A stretch of 64,000 bases of DNA from Actinomycetes bacterium (GCA_027491335.1 JAIXWJ010000008.1:54597-118596); one strand, 5' to 3'. Positions 37,937 to 48,412 are shown, counted from the stretch's first letter. Made by a program: numbers and translations. The notes: generated from the sequence alone by a model not told the origin.

Positions 37937-38263
37937 ATGGAATCGAACACCGTCAACTTCGCGCACGCCGCTCGCACTCTGGCCCACGAGGCCCGCGTGC
38001 GTGGTTTGCTGGTGCCCGGGTTCCGTTGTCCGCCTCGCATTCTGGGTGTCGATCGCTCGCTGCGCCGATGGGACGGTGGTGCCACGGTGGCGGTGCGCGT
38101 GAAGGGACGTCCGTGGGTGGCTGTGGTCGCCGACATGATCGAAGGCATGGTGGTGGCCAATCAATTGGTGCCGCCGGTCGCTGACAGATTGCGGGCCGAG
38201 ATGTGGGTGGCGTTGGGCTTCGTGGCTCAGGATTCCGATTCCGGCCGTTCCAAGGTGGCCTGA
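37937..38263 (+). CDS. Hypothetical protein (108 aa)
   Basis: Internal ATG (MESNTVNFAHAARTLAHEARVRG...) of ORF 37865..38263. Codon usage looks native. No family recognised. Confidence 0.45.
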   Translation: MESNTVNFAHAARTLAHEARVRGLLVPGFRCPPRILGVDRSLRRWDGGATVAVRVKGRPWVAVVADMIEGMVVANQLVPPVADRLRAEMWVALGFVAQDSDSGRSKVA

Positions 38264-38281
38264 GTCGTAGCCTGACGTCGG

Positions 38282-38365
38282 GCCCGGGTGGCGGAATTGG
38301 CAGACGCGGGGGGCTTAAACCCCCCTTCTCGCAAGAGAGTGCGGGTTCGAACCCCGCCCCGGGCA
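38282..38365 (+). tRNA. tRNA-Leu (anticodon TAA), class II with long variable arm; CCA not encoded
   Basis: Acceptor GCCCGGG/CCCGGGC, anticodon stem GGGGG/CCCCC with loop CTTAAAC, variable arm TCTC-GCAA-GAGA, T arm GCGGG-TTCGAAC-CCCGC. Confidence 0.87.
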
Positions 38366-38447
38366 CCGAGGTTGACCTCAATTGCCGTGGAATACTGATT
38401 TCATGGACGACATCGCCAAGGCCTAAAAGGTTTGGGATCTTTTCGAC

Positions 38448-39299
38448 GTGGAGGCAGGACGGGCGGTGTCGTGGCTGAGCGTGGGATCTGTCAACGACGA
38501 CATTTGGGGGAGTTTCTGTCCGGGCTCGAATCCGGTGTCGTGGGTCGCAGGGCTGTTGCGGGAGCGTGGGCGAGTCGACTCTCTTGTAGGTGCCGCGCTG
38601 GTTTGTGGCGATATGCAAAGCGAGCGACCCTTTTTCGAACATCCGACTCAGGTGTCGTTCGCTCAGGTGCACGGCTATGACCTCAGCCAGGAGTCATTGA
38701 ACAAGTATGTCCCCGAGGGAGTGTCATGGCATCCGCACAAGGTGGATTGCAACGTTCTCGAGTTGCCCGAGAACTCATTCGATCTGGTCGTCGTCAGTCA
38801 TGGTGCGCATCATGTGATGCAGATCGATCGATTCTTCGAGCAGGCCCGATCATCGTTGAGATCCGGAGGTCTGATCTACATCTACGAATGGATCGGACCC
38901 GAGTATTTGCGGGTGCCTCGGAAGAATCGCATCGTGGCCACGATGTTGCTCCTCGCCTTGTTCCCCGGACGGAGCACACGACGCACGCACATGAACAAGG
39001 TCAAAGGTTTCCGCTGGATCATGGATGCGGCCGACCCGAACGTGGACCCTTCGGAAGCGTGCAATTCATTGCAGTTGCACCGAGCCTTCACCGACCGGTT
39101 CGAGCCCATTTCGCAACACTTCCATGGTGCTCTCACCTATCCGATGTTCGAGGGAATCGGCCAGAATCTCGATGAGTCGAAGTCCTGGGTTCGTCGCCGC
39201 CTTCGATGGGTGGTCGCGGTCGAGCGTTTTCTGATTGCGCGCCGATTGGTTCACCCTTTGTTCGTCGTGGCCGTCGCCGCACCCCGCGACTCGTCCTGA
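38448..39299 (+). CDS. Class I SAM-dependent methyltransferase-like protein
   Basis: LELPENSFDLVVVSHGAHHVMQIDRFFEQARSSLRSGGLIYIYEW matches the Methyltransf_11/25 post-I to motif III region. The glycine-rich motif I looks degenerate. Locally lower G+C and different codon choice. Start uncertain (GTG 38448 or ATG 38614). Confidence 0.55.
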   Translation: MEAGRAVSWLSVGSVNDDIWGSFCPGSNPVSWVAGLLRERGRVDSLVGAALVCGDMQSERPFFEHPTQVSFAQVHGYDLSQESLNKYVPEGVSWHPHKVDCNVLELPENSFDLVVVSHGAHHVMQIDRFFEQARSSLRSGGLIYIYEWIGPEYLRVPRKNRIVATMLLLALFPGRSTRRTHMNKVKGFRWIMDAADPNVDPSEACNSLQLHRAFTDRFEPISQHFHGALTYPMFEGIGQNLDESKSWVRRRLRWVVAVERFLIARRLVHPLFVVAVAAPRDSS

Positions 39300-39305
39300 A
39301 ACGCG

Positions 39306-40130
39306 TCAATCCTCGGGGAGTGACTCTCGGAATCGCTGCCATTCGTCCGAGTTCATGCGCAGAACGTGTTCCTCGGCGGGGAAGTTCCCCGACTCCACGT
39401 CGAGTCGGTACTCGGTGAAGGCCGCCACACGCTCGCGTTGAAGTCGCGCGTGCTCGGCGGCGAAGTCGCGATACACCTTGGAGTGTCGCGGCACGTGGGA
39501 GATGCCCGACATCGACTGATTCGTCGGGTCGCCCAAGATGTCCATGGCGAACAGATACTGGGCGTCGCATCCGGCGCCCGAGCCCATCGACCACAAAGAC
39601 AAGCGCTTCATTCGCCGGCTGATCTCCGAGGCGACATCCGACGGCACGACCTCGATCTCGGCCGCGATGGCCCCGGCGTTCTCGAGGGCCACGCACTCGT
39701 TGTACACGCGCAAGGCTTCGTCGGCGGTTTTGCCCACGGCCTTGAAGCCACCGGTCCATCCGGCACGCGAGGGAACCAAGCCCACATGTCCGACCACGGG
39801 GATGTACTCCTTGGCCAGATGTTCGACTCGATCCATGCTTCCCGAGCAATAGATGCAGTCGGCTCCGCGCTGCAACATGTCGCCGGCCCATCGAAGATGG
39901 TCGTCGGCCGAACCGGCTTCGAGGTGCGAACGTCCGGTGAGAGTGAAGAGCGATGGGGCCACTTCTCGGTAGCGGGGATCGGTCACGAGTTCGGGCGGGG
40001 CCGACGCGAGGTCGATACCGGCCTCTTCGGCCGCGGCGGCCTCGTCGATGGTGAAGATGCGCAACATCGTGAGTTGGCGACGGCCCTTCAGCACGGCCAG
40101 GTCGTTCACCGTCAATCTTCGTCGGGTCAC
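39306..40130 (-). CDS. 3-methyl-2-oxobutanoate hydroxymethyltransferase (PanB) family paralog, divergent
   Basis: IPVVGHVGLVPSRAGWTGGFKAVGKTADEA and VESGNFPAEEH match PanB blocks. The N-terminal VGDSLG-type block is not recognisable. The GTG lies 6 nt after TAGGGT. Confidence 0.65.
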   Translation of the reverse strand: MTRRRLTVNDLAVLKGRRQLTMLRIFTIDEAAAAEEAGIDLASAPPELVTDPRYREVAPSLFTLTGRSHLEAGSADDHLRWAGDMLQRGADCIYCSGSMDRVEHLAKEYIPVVGHVGLVPSRAGWTGGFKAVGKTADEALRVYNECVALENAGAIAAEIEVVPSDVASEISRRMKRLSLWSMGSGAGCDAQYLFAMDILGDPTNQSMSGISHVPRHSKVYRDFAAEHARLQRERVAAFTEYRLDVESGNFPAEEHVLRMNSDEWQRFRESLPED

Positions 40131-40179
40131 GCTCGAACCCTAGTTGCTCGGAATCAGCGGGCTTTCCGGGAAGAAGTGC

Positions 40180-42093
40180 TCAGGGTTCGATGATCGGGAA
40201 GAACATCTTGAAGGTCGTGAGCGCGTTCCACAGGTTCGACACGAGGTCCAACGAACCCTCCACGCGCAACGCTCCGTTTTCGAGCGAGTCGGCGAACGAG
40301 ATCTCGGCCACCACGAGGCGATTGAGATCGGATCGGTTGCAACGAACGTGGGCGGACACATCGACGGTGCGCCGCACCCCGGGCTCGCGCGAATGGAGCG
40401 TTCCGTTCGACAACTCGAGTTCGACCACGTCGCCGGTGTCGTCGAGACTCCACACGAGATGGTGGTTGCCGAACGCCACGGCCGCCGACCCGTCGAGGCG
40501 CACCGCGAGGTAATCGAAAACCTGGAGTGGCGTCATGCCTCCGATGGAAGCCGCACTGGGACGAACCGGATAGTCCATCGGGGGAGTCCCCTCGCGGAGT
40601 TCCTTCGCTCCGGTGAGATAGATGTCGCGCCACGGTCCCGACTCGGCCTGGTACGCGAGCTGCTGGAAAGCATCCGCCTGCAATTCGCGCGCCGCGGTGT
40701 GGCGCGGATCGGCGAACACGGCGTGCCGCAAGACCTGGGCGACCCAGCGATAGTCGCCTTCGTCGTACGCGGTGCGAGCATTCGCGACGAGATTGTCGAT
40801 GCCGCCCATGAATTCGACGTAGCGACGGGCGGACTGCACCGGCGGAAGAGGATTCAGCGACGACGGGTGTCCGTCGTAGAAGCCGAAGTAACGCTGATAC
40901 ACGGCGCGCACGTTGTGGCTGACGGTTCCGTAGTACCCGTGACACGTCCAGTCGGCCCACAGGCCGGGCGGTAGATCGATGAGATCGGCGATCTCGTCGG
41001 GGGTGTGGCCGAGGTTGGCCAATCGCATCGCCTCGTCGTGGATCCAGCGATACAGGTCGCGATGATTGCGAAGATGCGACATGGCGTCCGCGCGTCCCCA
41101 ATAGGGCCAACCGTGCGATGCGAAAAGGACTTCCATCTCGTCGCCGTAACGAACCAAGGCGTCGTCGAGAGAGCGGGTCCAGGTGAGTGCGTCGCGCACC
41201 AATGCGCCGCGCAACGTGAGCACGTTGTGCATGGTCGCCGTGCAGTTCTCCGCGATGCAGAGAGCCCTCAATTCGGGGAACCAAAGGTGCATCTCGGCCG
41301 GAGCCTCGGTGTCGGGCGCCAGTTGGAACTCGGTGACGAGGCCGTCGATGACCATGCGCTCGAAGTTGGCGGTGATGACGTGCGTGGGCGCGATCAACAC
41401 CGAGCTGCCGAACGGAACACCTTTCGAGAGGCCTTGGTCGACATGGCCGTGTTCGTCCCAGGGAAGTGTCATTCCGTACTGCCACGTGGCGCGTCGACCC
41501 ATGGCGGCTTGAGCCACCACGTTCTCGGAAACCGCCGCGTGCAGGAATCCGTCGGGTGCGATCACGATGCATGATCCGTCGTCGATTCGTTGCTGATCGA
41601 CGATGCCGAGGATGCCCCCGTAGTGATCGATGTGCGAGTGGGTGTAGGCGACGGCCACCACATCGCGGACGCCGAGATGCGCGTCGACGAGGGCTTTGGC
41701 GGCACGAGCGGTCTCGGTGGTAGTGAGCGGGTCGATGACCAGCCACCCCGTTTTGGTGGCGATGAAACTGACGACGGCGGTGTCATAGCCGCGCACTTGG
41801 TAGACGCCCTCGCGCACTTCGTACAGACCGTGTTCGGCGTTCAGTTTCGCCTGACGCCACAACGACGGATTGACGCTCGCGGGTGCGTCGCCGTGAATGA
41901 ACGCGAAGTTCGCGGTGTCCCAACTGACGCCCACCAAACCACCGGGACGTTCGTTCAGAATCGGTCCCTCGTGCTGAGCGATCAATCCCTTGCGAGCCCT
42001 CCCGAAATCGGATTCGTCGGCCCACGGAAGGCGATCGGACATGCGATTGTTGGCCGCCACCGTGTGGGGAGTGGCGGAAACGCGTTCTGTCAT
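40180..42093 (-). CDS. Alkyl/aryl-sulfatase (MBL-fold, SdsA1/BDS1-like, with dimerisation and SCP2-like C-terminal domains)
   Basis: 637 aa with the THSHIDHYGG metallo-beta-lactamase motif. Length and C-terminal region are typical of alkyl sulfatases. The ATG lies 6 nt after TAGCAT. Confidence 0.82.
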   Translation of the reverse strand: MTERVSATPHTVAANNRMSDRLPWADESDFGRARKGLIAQHEGPILNERPGGLVGVSWDTANFAFIHGDAPASVNPSLWRQAKLNAEHGLYEVREGVYQVRGYDTAVVSFIATKTGWLVIDPLTTTETARAAKALVDAHLGVRDVVAVAYTHSHIDHYGGILGIVDQQRIDDGSCIVIAPDGFLHAAVSENVVAQAAMGRRATWQYGMTLPWDEHGHVDQGLSKGVPFGSSVLIAPTHVITANFERMVIDGLVTEFQLAPDTEAPAEMHLWFPELRALCIAENCTATMHNVLTLRGALVRDALTWTRSLDDALVRYGDEMEVLFASHGWPYWGRADAMSHLRNHRDLYRWIHDEAMRLANLGHTPDEIADLIDLPPGLWADWTCHGYYGTVSHNVRAVYQRYFGFYDGHPSSLNPLPPVQSARRYVEFMGGIDNLVANARTAYDEGDYRWVAQVLRHAVFADPRHTAARELQADAFQQLAYQAESGPWRDIYLTGAKELREGTPPMDYPVRPSAASIGGMTPLQVFDYLAVRLDGSAAVAFGNHHLVWSLDDTGDVVELELSNGTLHSREPGVRRTVDVSAHVRCNRSDLNRLVVAEISFADSLENGALRVEGSLDLVSNLWNALTTFKMFFPIIEP

Positions 42094-42146
42094 GCGGTCA
42101 TGCTAGATCGCGACCCTCAGGAGCGGGGTTGTGTCAATATGGACCC

Positions 42147-42590
42147 ATGAAGCGTTCGGTTCGGGTTTTCGTCATTGCGTCGGTGGTCCTCGTTGGTTGC
42201 TCGTCGACCGACTCGTCGGAGTCACCGACACTGCCGCCGTCGACCGAACAGGTGGCGGCCACGCCCACTGATCCGGTGAACACCATGCCGCCCACCAGCA
42301 CGGCGTCCAAGGATGAGCCCGAGACGGGAACGCCGCCCACGCTGTCCACCAACATCGAGATCGACGTGGAAGCCGATGCGCCCGTGGAAGCGTCGGCCGT
42401 GGTCGGATCACCCACTCGCATTCGCATCGTGAGCGAAGAGGAACGCGAATTCCATCTTCATGGTTACGACATCGAGTTGACAGGCGATGACGTTGTCTTC
42501 GAGTTCGTGGCCGACAAGCTGGGCGTGTTCGAGTTGGAAGATCACGACACTGGTGATCTCATTTTGACGTTCGAAGTTCTCGCCGACTGA
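42147..42590 (+). CDS. Lipoprotein, possible cupredoxin-like C-terminal domain
   Basis: MKRSVRVFVIASVVLVGCSS lipobox, a Ser/Thr/Pro linker, and a beta-rich C-terminus with FHLHGYD. Confidence 0.45.
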   Translation: MKRSVRVFVIASVVLVGCSSTDSSESPTLPPSTEQVAATPTDPVNTMPPTSTASKDEPETGTPPTLSTNIEIDVEADAPVEASAVVGSPTRIRIVSEEEREFHLHGYDIELTGDDVVFEFVADKLGVFELEDHDTGDLILTFEVLAD

Positions 42591-42600
42591 TTCGGGATCG

Positions 42601-44817
42601 TCAGATCGGACGGCAGGGCTGTCCGCGCAACGCACCACAGGGCGCGACTCCACGCGGAACGTCGAGTCCCGTGATGGTGCTGAAGACGATCGACGACGGA
42701 TGCTCGGCATCGTGATGAATCGTCACCTTCTCGCCGTTGCTGATGGTGCGGAACTCCCATTCACCACGGTTTCCGCCGGGAGCATCGATGGTCACGCGAA
42801 TGCGCGATCCGGCTCGGAACGGATGTGCGACCGGGAAAATCTCCACGCGCACCGGGGTGATCTCGCCGGGCACCAACGGAGCCGAATCGGCTTCACGGTG
42901 CGTGTGCGAGGGACGATTCTCGGTGCTGCTCGCGTCGTCGAGTGCGCGATGACTCGCGCGTAGCCAACCACTCTGCACGTACGTCTCCGTGCCGTCGGGA
43001 CGGATCTCGGAGATCGTCACTTCGATGTCGGTGTCGATCGCGTCCGACGAGATCCAGAGATCGGCCGAACCCGGCCCGACGATCACCAGGTTCTCGGTGA
43101 GCGGCTCGCTGGTGAACTCCGCCGCGGTTCCCGCGGGGTTGCGCACCCAATTCCACGTGACGTCGGAACGCCAGATCGAACTTCCCGATCCCTCGAAGAA
43201 CGTCCGCGGAGTCGCCGCGGGATCCGCCGAGTAACTGGTGCTGCCGGTGCCCGGCGTCGTCGAAAGTGTTCCGTTCGCAGCGAAATTCATACGGACCAAT
43301 TCGGTCTCGGGGATGGGCCACGCGCTGAACTCGGCCTGCCAACGCGCCAAGGGCGAGCCCGCCGGCTGTCCGTCGGCCGCGCCCTCTTCGAACAGGACGC
43401 GAACCTTGGGTTCGGACTCGAAGGCCGCCAGCGCGTCTTCGTAGGTCATCCCGGTGAATCGGTTCTGCTGCGGAAGTGCGACCGTCGCTCCGGTGATGCT
43501 GCTCGAGAGAATCGGAGCGATCACTCCGGCGGCGGTCAGATCCGGAGTGGCTCGGGCCACGTAGAGGCTGAGGAATTCGGCGTAACGGGGGAACACCGCC
43601 GTGCCGAGCGACTCGGTGTGCAATCCGTTGAGAAGAGTCACGTACACGTGGGGAGCGGAATCGAACTTGTCGAGGAACGCGGGGAATCGGCCACCGGTCT
43701 GCTCGTCCTGCCACGCGCCGGACAGGAAGACCGGAACGTTGATCTTGTCGACCAGAAGGGACGGATTGATGCCGTCACCCACCTCGGGCGAATAGAAGGG
43801 ATTCGCATCGATCTCGGCGACGAGGTCGGGGTTCTGCAGGCGGACGTTCTGATTCTTCGCGCAGACTTCGTCTCCCTCGTCGGAGCGTTCCTTGGCCCAG
43901 GTCTGACCGAAGGGTCGGGCTTCGTCCATGCGCGCCTTGGTCCATTCCACGGCGAAACCGGTGTTCAGGATTCCACCGGGATACAGAGTGCTGCGGTAGC
44001 TGTCATCGATCACCGACAACGGTGTGATGGCGGCCAAGCTCGGCGGCTGGGTGGAAGCGACGAAAAGTTGGCTGATGCCCGGGAAGCTGATGCCGACCAT
44101 GCCGACCTTGTTGTTGGCCACCCACGACTGCGCGGCCACGGCCTCGATGACGTCGTAGCCGTCGAGGAGTTGGGTTTCTTCGAAGAAGCGATACGAACCA
44201 CCCGAACAACCCGTGCCGCGCATGTTCACGCCGACGTAGGCGTATCCGAGCGTGTTGAAGAGTTGGGCGAAGGTGGTGTCACCGGGGTTGCTCGGCGCGT
44301 AGCCGGAGTACTCCACGACGGTGGGGTACGGACCAGCGTCGGGCTCTCCCGGCAGCCACACGGTGGCCGACAGCGTGGTTCCGTCACGAACGGTGATGTA
44401 GCCCAATCCCGGCTCGAGTTGTTGCTCGTCGTAGAAGGACTGGTCGGGAACGTAGCTGGCGTCGTACACGGTGACGAAGTCGCTGCCGGCCGAGCGATCG
44501 GCCAACACGACGCGATAGTCACCGGGTTCGACGTCGCGCTGAAGGAACGAACCCAGCTCGTCGACCGTGCCCTCGGCGACGATGGAACCATCGGTCGCCT
44601 CGATCGCCAATTCCGTTCCGGGCTCGGCGTCGGTCACGGTGATCTGATGAGTTCCGGGGGACACCGTGAAGTCGACGGGTGCGAGCGGGGCCGCTGTCGT
44701 TGGCGTGGACGTGTCCGACGGTTCGGTGGATGCGGTGTCGCCTCCGCCCGAACACGCGGTGGTCCCGATGAGGATCGCGACAAAGGCGATGGCGAAGCGG
44801 TTGGTGGTCGATTTCAT
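42601..44817 (-). CDS. CocE/NonD family hydrolase (S15 X-Pro dipeptidyl-peptidase-like) lipoprotein
   Basis: Start MKSTTNRFAIAFVAILIGTTACSGG (lipobox). Nucleophile elbow GISFPG and a large C-terminal PepX_C-like beta domain. ATG preceded by GGGGAGGA. Confidence 0.8.
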   Translation of the reverse strand: MKSTTNRFAIAFVAILIGTTACSGGGDTASTEPSDTSTPTTAAPLAPVDFTVSPGTHQITVTDAEPGTELAIEATDGSIVAEGTVDELGSFLQRDVEPGDYRVVLADRSAGSDFVTVYDASYVPDQSFYDEQQLEPGLGYITVRDGTTLSATVWLPGEPDAGPYPTVVEYSGYAPSNPGDTTFAQLFNTLGYAYVGVNMRGTGCSGGSYRFFEETQLLDGYDVIEAVAAQSWVANNKVGMVGISFPGISQLFVASTQPPSLAAITPLSVIDDSYRSTLYPGGILNTGFAVEWTKARMDEARPFGQTWAKERSDEGDEVCAKNQNVRLQNPDLVAEIDANPFYSPEVGDGINPSLLVDKINVPVFLSGAWQDEQTGGRFPAFLDKFDSAPHVYVTLLNGLHTESLGTAVFPRYAEFLSLYVARATPDLTAAGVIAPILSSSITGATVALPQQNRFTGMTYEDALAAFESEPKVRVLFEEGAADGQPAGSPLARWQAEFSAWPIPETELVRMNFAANGTLSTTPGTGSTSYSADPAATPRTFFEGSGSSIWRSDVTWNWVRNPAGTAAEFTSEPLTENLVIVGPGSADLWISSDAIDTDIEVTISEIRPDGTETYVQSGWLRASHRALDDASSTENRPSHTHREADSAPLVPGEITPVRVEIFPVAHPFRAGSRIRVTIDAPGGNRGEWEFRTISNGEKVTIHHDAEHPSSIVFSTITGLDVPRGVAPCGALRGQPCRPI

Positions 44818-44851
44818 GTGTCCTCCCCGGATACTCGTCCGACTGTAGGGG

Positions 44852-45997
44852 GTGACGGTGAGGCACAATGGGGTCGTGACTCAATCAGCCCTCACCGCTC
44901 CGGCGATCGAGCCGATGCTCGACGACCTTCGAACCCTCGTCGAGGTCGAATCGCCGTCGCGGGATCTCGACGCATTGCGAACGAGCGCCGAGACGTTGTC
45001 ATCGATGATGCACAGGTTGCTCGGGTCCGCCCCGAAGATCGTCGAGAGTCCCGCGGGTCCGCACGTGCACTGGACGGGTGGCCCGAACGCGAAGGTGTTG
45101 ATCGTGGGGCACCATGACACGGTGTTCCCGAAGGGAGCATTGGCCGCGAGGCCGTTCACGGTGTCCGATGGGCGAGCGACCGGGCCGGGAGTGTTCGACA
45201 TGAAGGCCGGCATCGTGCAGGCGTTGCACGCGATCGCATCGCTCGATGATCGATCCGTGGTCGAGATCCTGATCACGGCGGACGAAGAGGTCGGCTCGGT
45301 GCATTCGCGCGATCTCATCGTCGAGCGCGCTCGACATTGTGGCGCGGTGTTGGTGCTCGAGCCGAGCGCCGATGGTGGTGCGCTCAAGACGGGGCGCAAG
45401 GGAACCGGAACGTTCGAGGTGCGAGTTCACGGTCGCGCTTCACACGCCGGACTCGAACCGGAAAAGGGCGTGAACTCGCTCGTGGAGGCGGCGACGCAAG
45501 TGTTGCGCATCGCGACTTTCGGCGATCCGAGTCGCGGAACCACGGTGACCCCGACGGTGGCTTCGGCCGGCACGGCCGACAACGTGGTGCCGGCGTTGAC
45601 CACCGTGTACGTCGACGTGCGCGTGGAACACGCGGATGAGCGCGAGCGGGTCGATCGGTCGATGGCCGAGTTGGCGGCGGCTCACCCTGAGGCGCGCATC
45701 GAGATCCTGGGTGGTTTCAATCGACCGCCGATGCCGACGTCAGCGTCGGAGAAGTTGTTCCCGGTGGCGATCGACGCCGCGGCCGAGATCGGTCTCGACG
45801 GGTTGAGAGGCATCGCGGTTGGCGGCGGGTCGGACGGAAACTTCACGGCGGCGGCGGGAGTGCCGACGCTGGATGGACTGGGAGCGGTGGGGGGTGGAGC
45901 ACACGCCGATCACGAATGGGTGGACGTGGCAACGATGCCCACCCGCGCCCTCCTCCTCGCGTCCATTACGCGACAAATTGTCGCTTTATGTACATGA
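44852..45997 (+). CDS. M20 family metallopeptidase (carboxypeptidase G2-like)
   Basis: GHHDTVFP, DMKAG and ADEEVGS metal-ligand blocks. Start uncertain (GTG 44852 or GTG 44876). The last 9 codons run into the AT-rich palindromic element. Confidence 0.8.
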   Translation: MTVRHNGVVTQSALTAPAIEPMLDDLRTLVEVESPSRDLDALRTSAETLSSMMHRLLGSAPKIVESPAGPHVHWTGGPNAKVLIVGHHDTVFPKGALAARPFTVSDGRATGPGVFDMKAGIVQALHAIASLDDRSVVEILITADEEVGSVHSRDLIVERARHCGAVLVLEPSADGGALKTGRKGTGTFEVRVHGRASHAGLEPEKGVNSLVEAATQVLRIATFGDPSRGTTVTPTVASAGTADNVVPALTTVYVDVRVEHADERERVDRSMAELAAAHPEARIEILGGFNRPPMPTSASEKLFPVAIDAAAEIGLDGLRGIAVGGGSDGNFTAAAGVPTLDGLGAVGGGAHADHEWVDVATMPTRALLLASITRQIVALCT

Positions 45998-46026
45998 GTC
46001 GTGTACACAAAGCGACAAATTGTCGC
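45970..46026. repeat. AT-rich composite palindromic element between the convergent M20 and argG genes
   Basis: Identical 15-mers GCGACAAATTGTCGC (each a 7+1+7 palindrome) at 45970-45984 and 46012-46026. They flank the imperfectly palindromic TTTATGTACATGAGTCGTGTACACAAA. Confidence 0.85.
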
Positions 46027-46036
46027 ATTTTGGTAG

Positions 46037-47428
<1,392 letters not shown>

Positions 47429-47442
47429 CTAGTGTTCGGGCG

Positions 47443-47955
47443 ATGGAGCAGCGACCAAGCGGATCGTTCAACATGGACGGTGGCATTCATCATGTGCCGA
47501 TTCCCGGTCTGCCGGGAAAGTTGTGGTTGTGCGGCAAACACTTGATCGCCCCCGACCCCGAGGGCACCTTGCTGAACGTCGGCGCGAGCCATGTGGTGTG
47601 TCTGGTTCGCGAATACGAGTTGGCCGACCGCTATCCGTCGTACCCCGAGTGGCTCCGCACCTCGGGAAGTGCCACCTGGTTCCCGATCAATGATTTGGGC
47701 CTTCCACGACTCGAGGAGATCATGGATCTTTTCCAGTCGGTGTACGGCCGAGTGCGTCGTGGAGAGTCGGTCATCGTGCACTGTGCCGCCGGTATTGGAC
47801 GCGCGGGTTCGTTCGCCACGGCACTTTGCGTGATGTCCGGTATGGATCTCGATGTGGCGATCGCGCACGTGCGCCGTCATCGTCCCGGCGCCGGACCGGA
47901 AGCGGGCGAACAACGCGAGGTTCTCGACGAACTCGCGCGCTCACTCGGTCGCTGA
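47443..47955 (+). CDS. Dual-specificity / protein-tyrosine phosphatase (HCX5R)
   Basis: VHCAAGIGRAGSF active-site loop. The ATG at 47443 lies 7 nt after TAGTGT (47430-47435). Confidence 0.7.
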   Translation: MEQRPSGSFNMDGGIHHVPIPGLPGKLWLCGKHLIAPDPEGTLLNVGASHVVCLVREYELADRYPSYPEWLRTSGSATWFPINDLGLPRLEEIMDLFQSVYGRVRRGESVIVHCAAGIGRAGSFATALCVMSGMDLDVAIAHVRRHRPGAGPEAGEQREVLDELARSLGR

Positions 47956-47957
47956 GG

Positions 47958-48356
47958 TCAGTCGAGGCTTCGCGCGCTCAGCGCCGCAACGCCGGTCAGA
48001 AGAGAGGCCACGGCCAGCGCGGCCAGCACCACCGCCGAGCCCGGCGAATCGTTTCGATCCACGAGGGCCAACACCGCCAGCTCGACACTCACGATCCAGG
48101 CGCCCAGGTGCACCCACGGCCCGCGGAGGAGCGAGAGCACGGTCATCAGAACGCTCGGAAGCAAGAAGAGCAGACCGAGCGCGTACAACACCAGGGAGGG
48201 CCAACGCTGTTCGTCCGCCCACCACACGGGTCGTCCGATCAGATCCGAGGAGATCGCCACCGCCGCGACGCCCAGTGACACGAGTACCCAGAAGACGGCC
48301 AGCACGCGGGCCCACACCGGATGCACACGAACGTTCGCGTCGAGCAGACCCTTCAT
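47958..48356 (-). CDS. Hypothetical integral membrane protein (4 predicted TM segments)
   Basis: 132 aa, strongly hydrophobic. The ATG lies 7 nt after TAGTTT (48369-48364). Confidence 0.5.
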   Translation of the reverse strand: MKGLLDANVRVHPVWARVLAVFWVLVSLGVAAVAISSDLIGRPVWWADEQRWPSLVLYALGLLFLLPSVLMTVLSLLRGPWVHLGAWIVSVELAVLALVDRNDSPGSAVVLAALAVASLLTGVAALSARSLD

Positions 48357-48412
48357 CGAACCGAAACTACTGCCGCCGAGCCGTCGGCGACGCTCGCCGG
48401 TAACTTGACACC

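Noticed and set aside
40133-40140. TCGAACCC, matching part of the tRNA-Leu T-arm, as a possible attR for an island starting at tRNA-Leu.
   Set aside because: Only 8 nt match, which is far too short to distinguish from chance. No integrase or other mobility gene lies between the putative ends.
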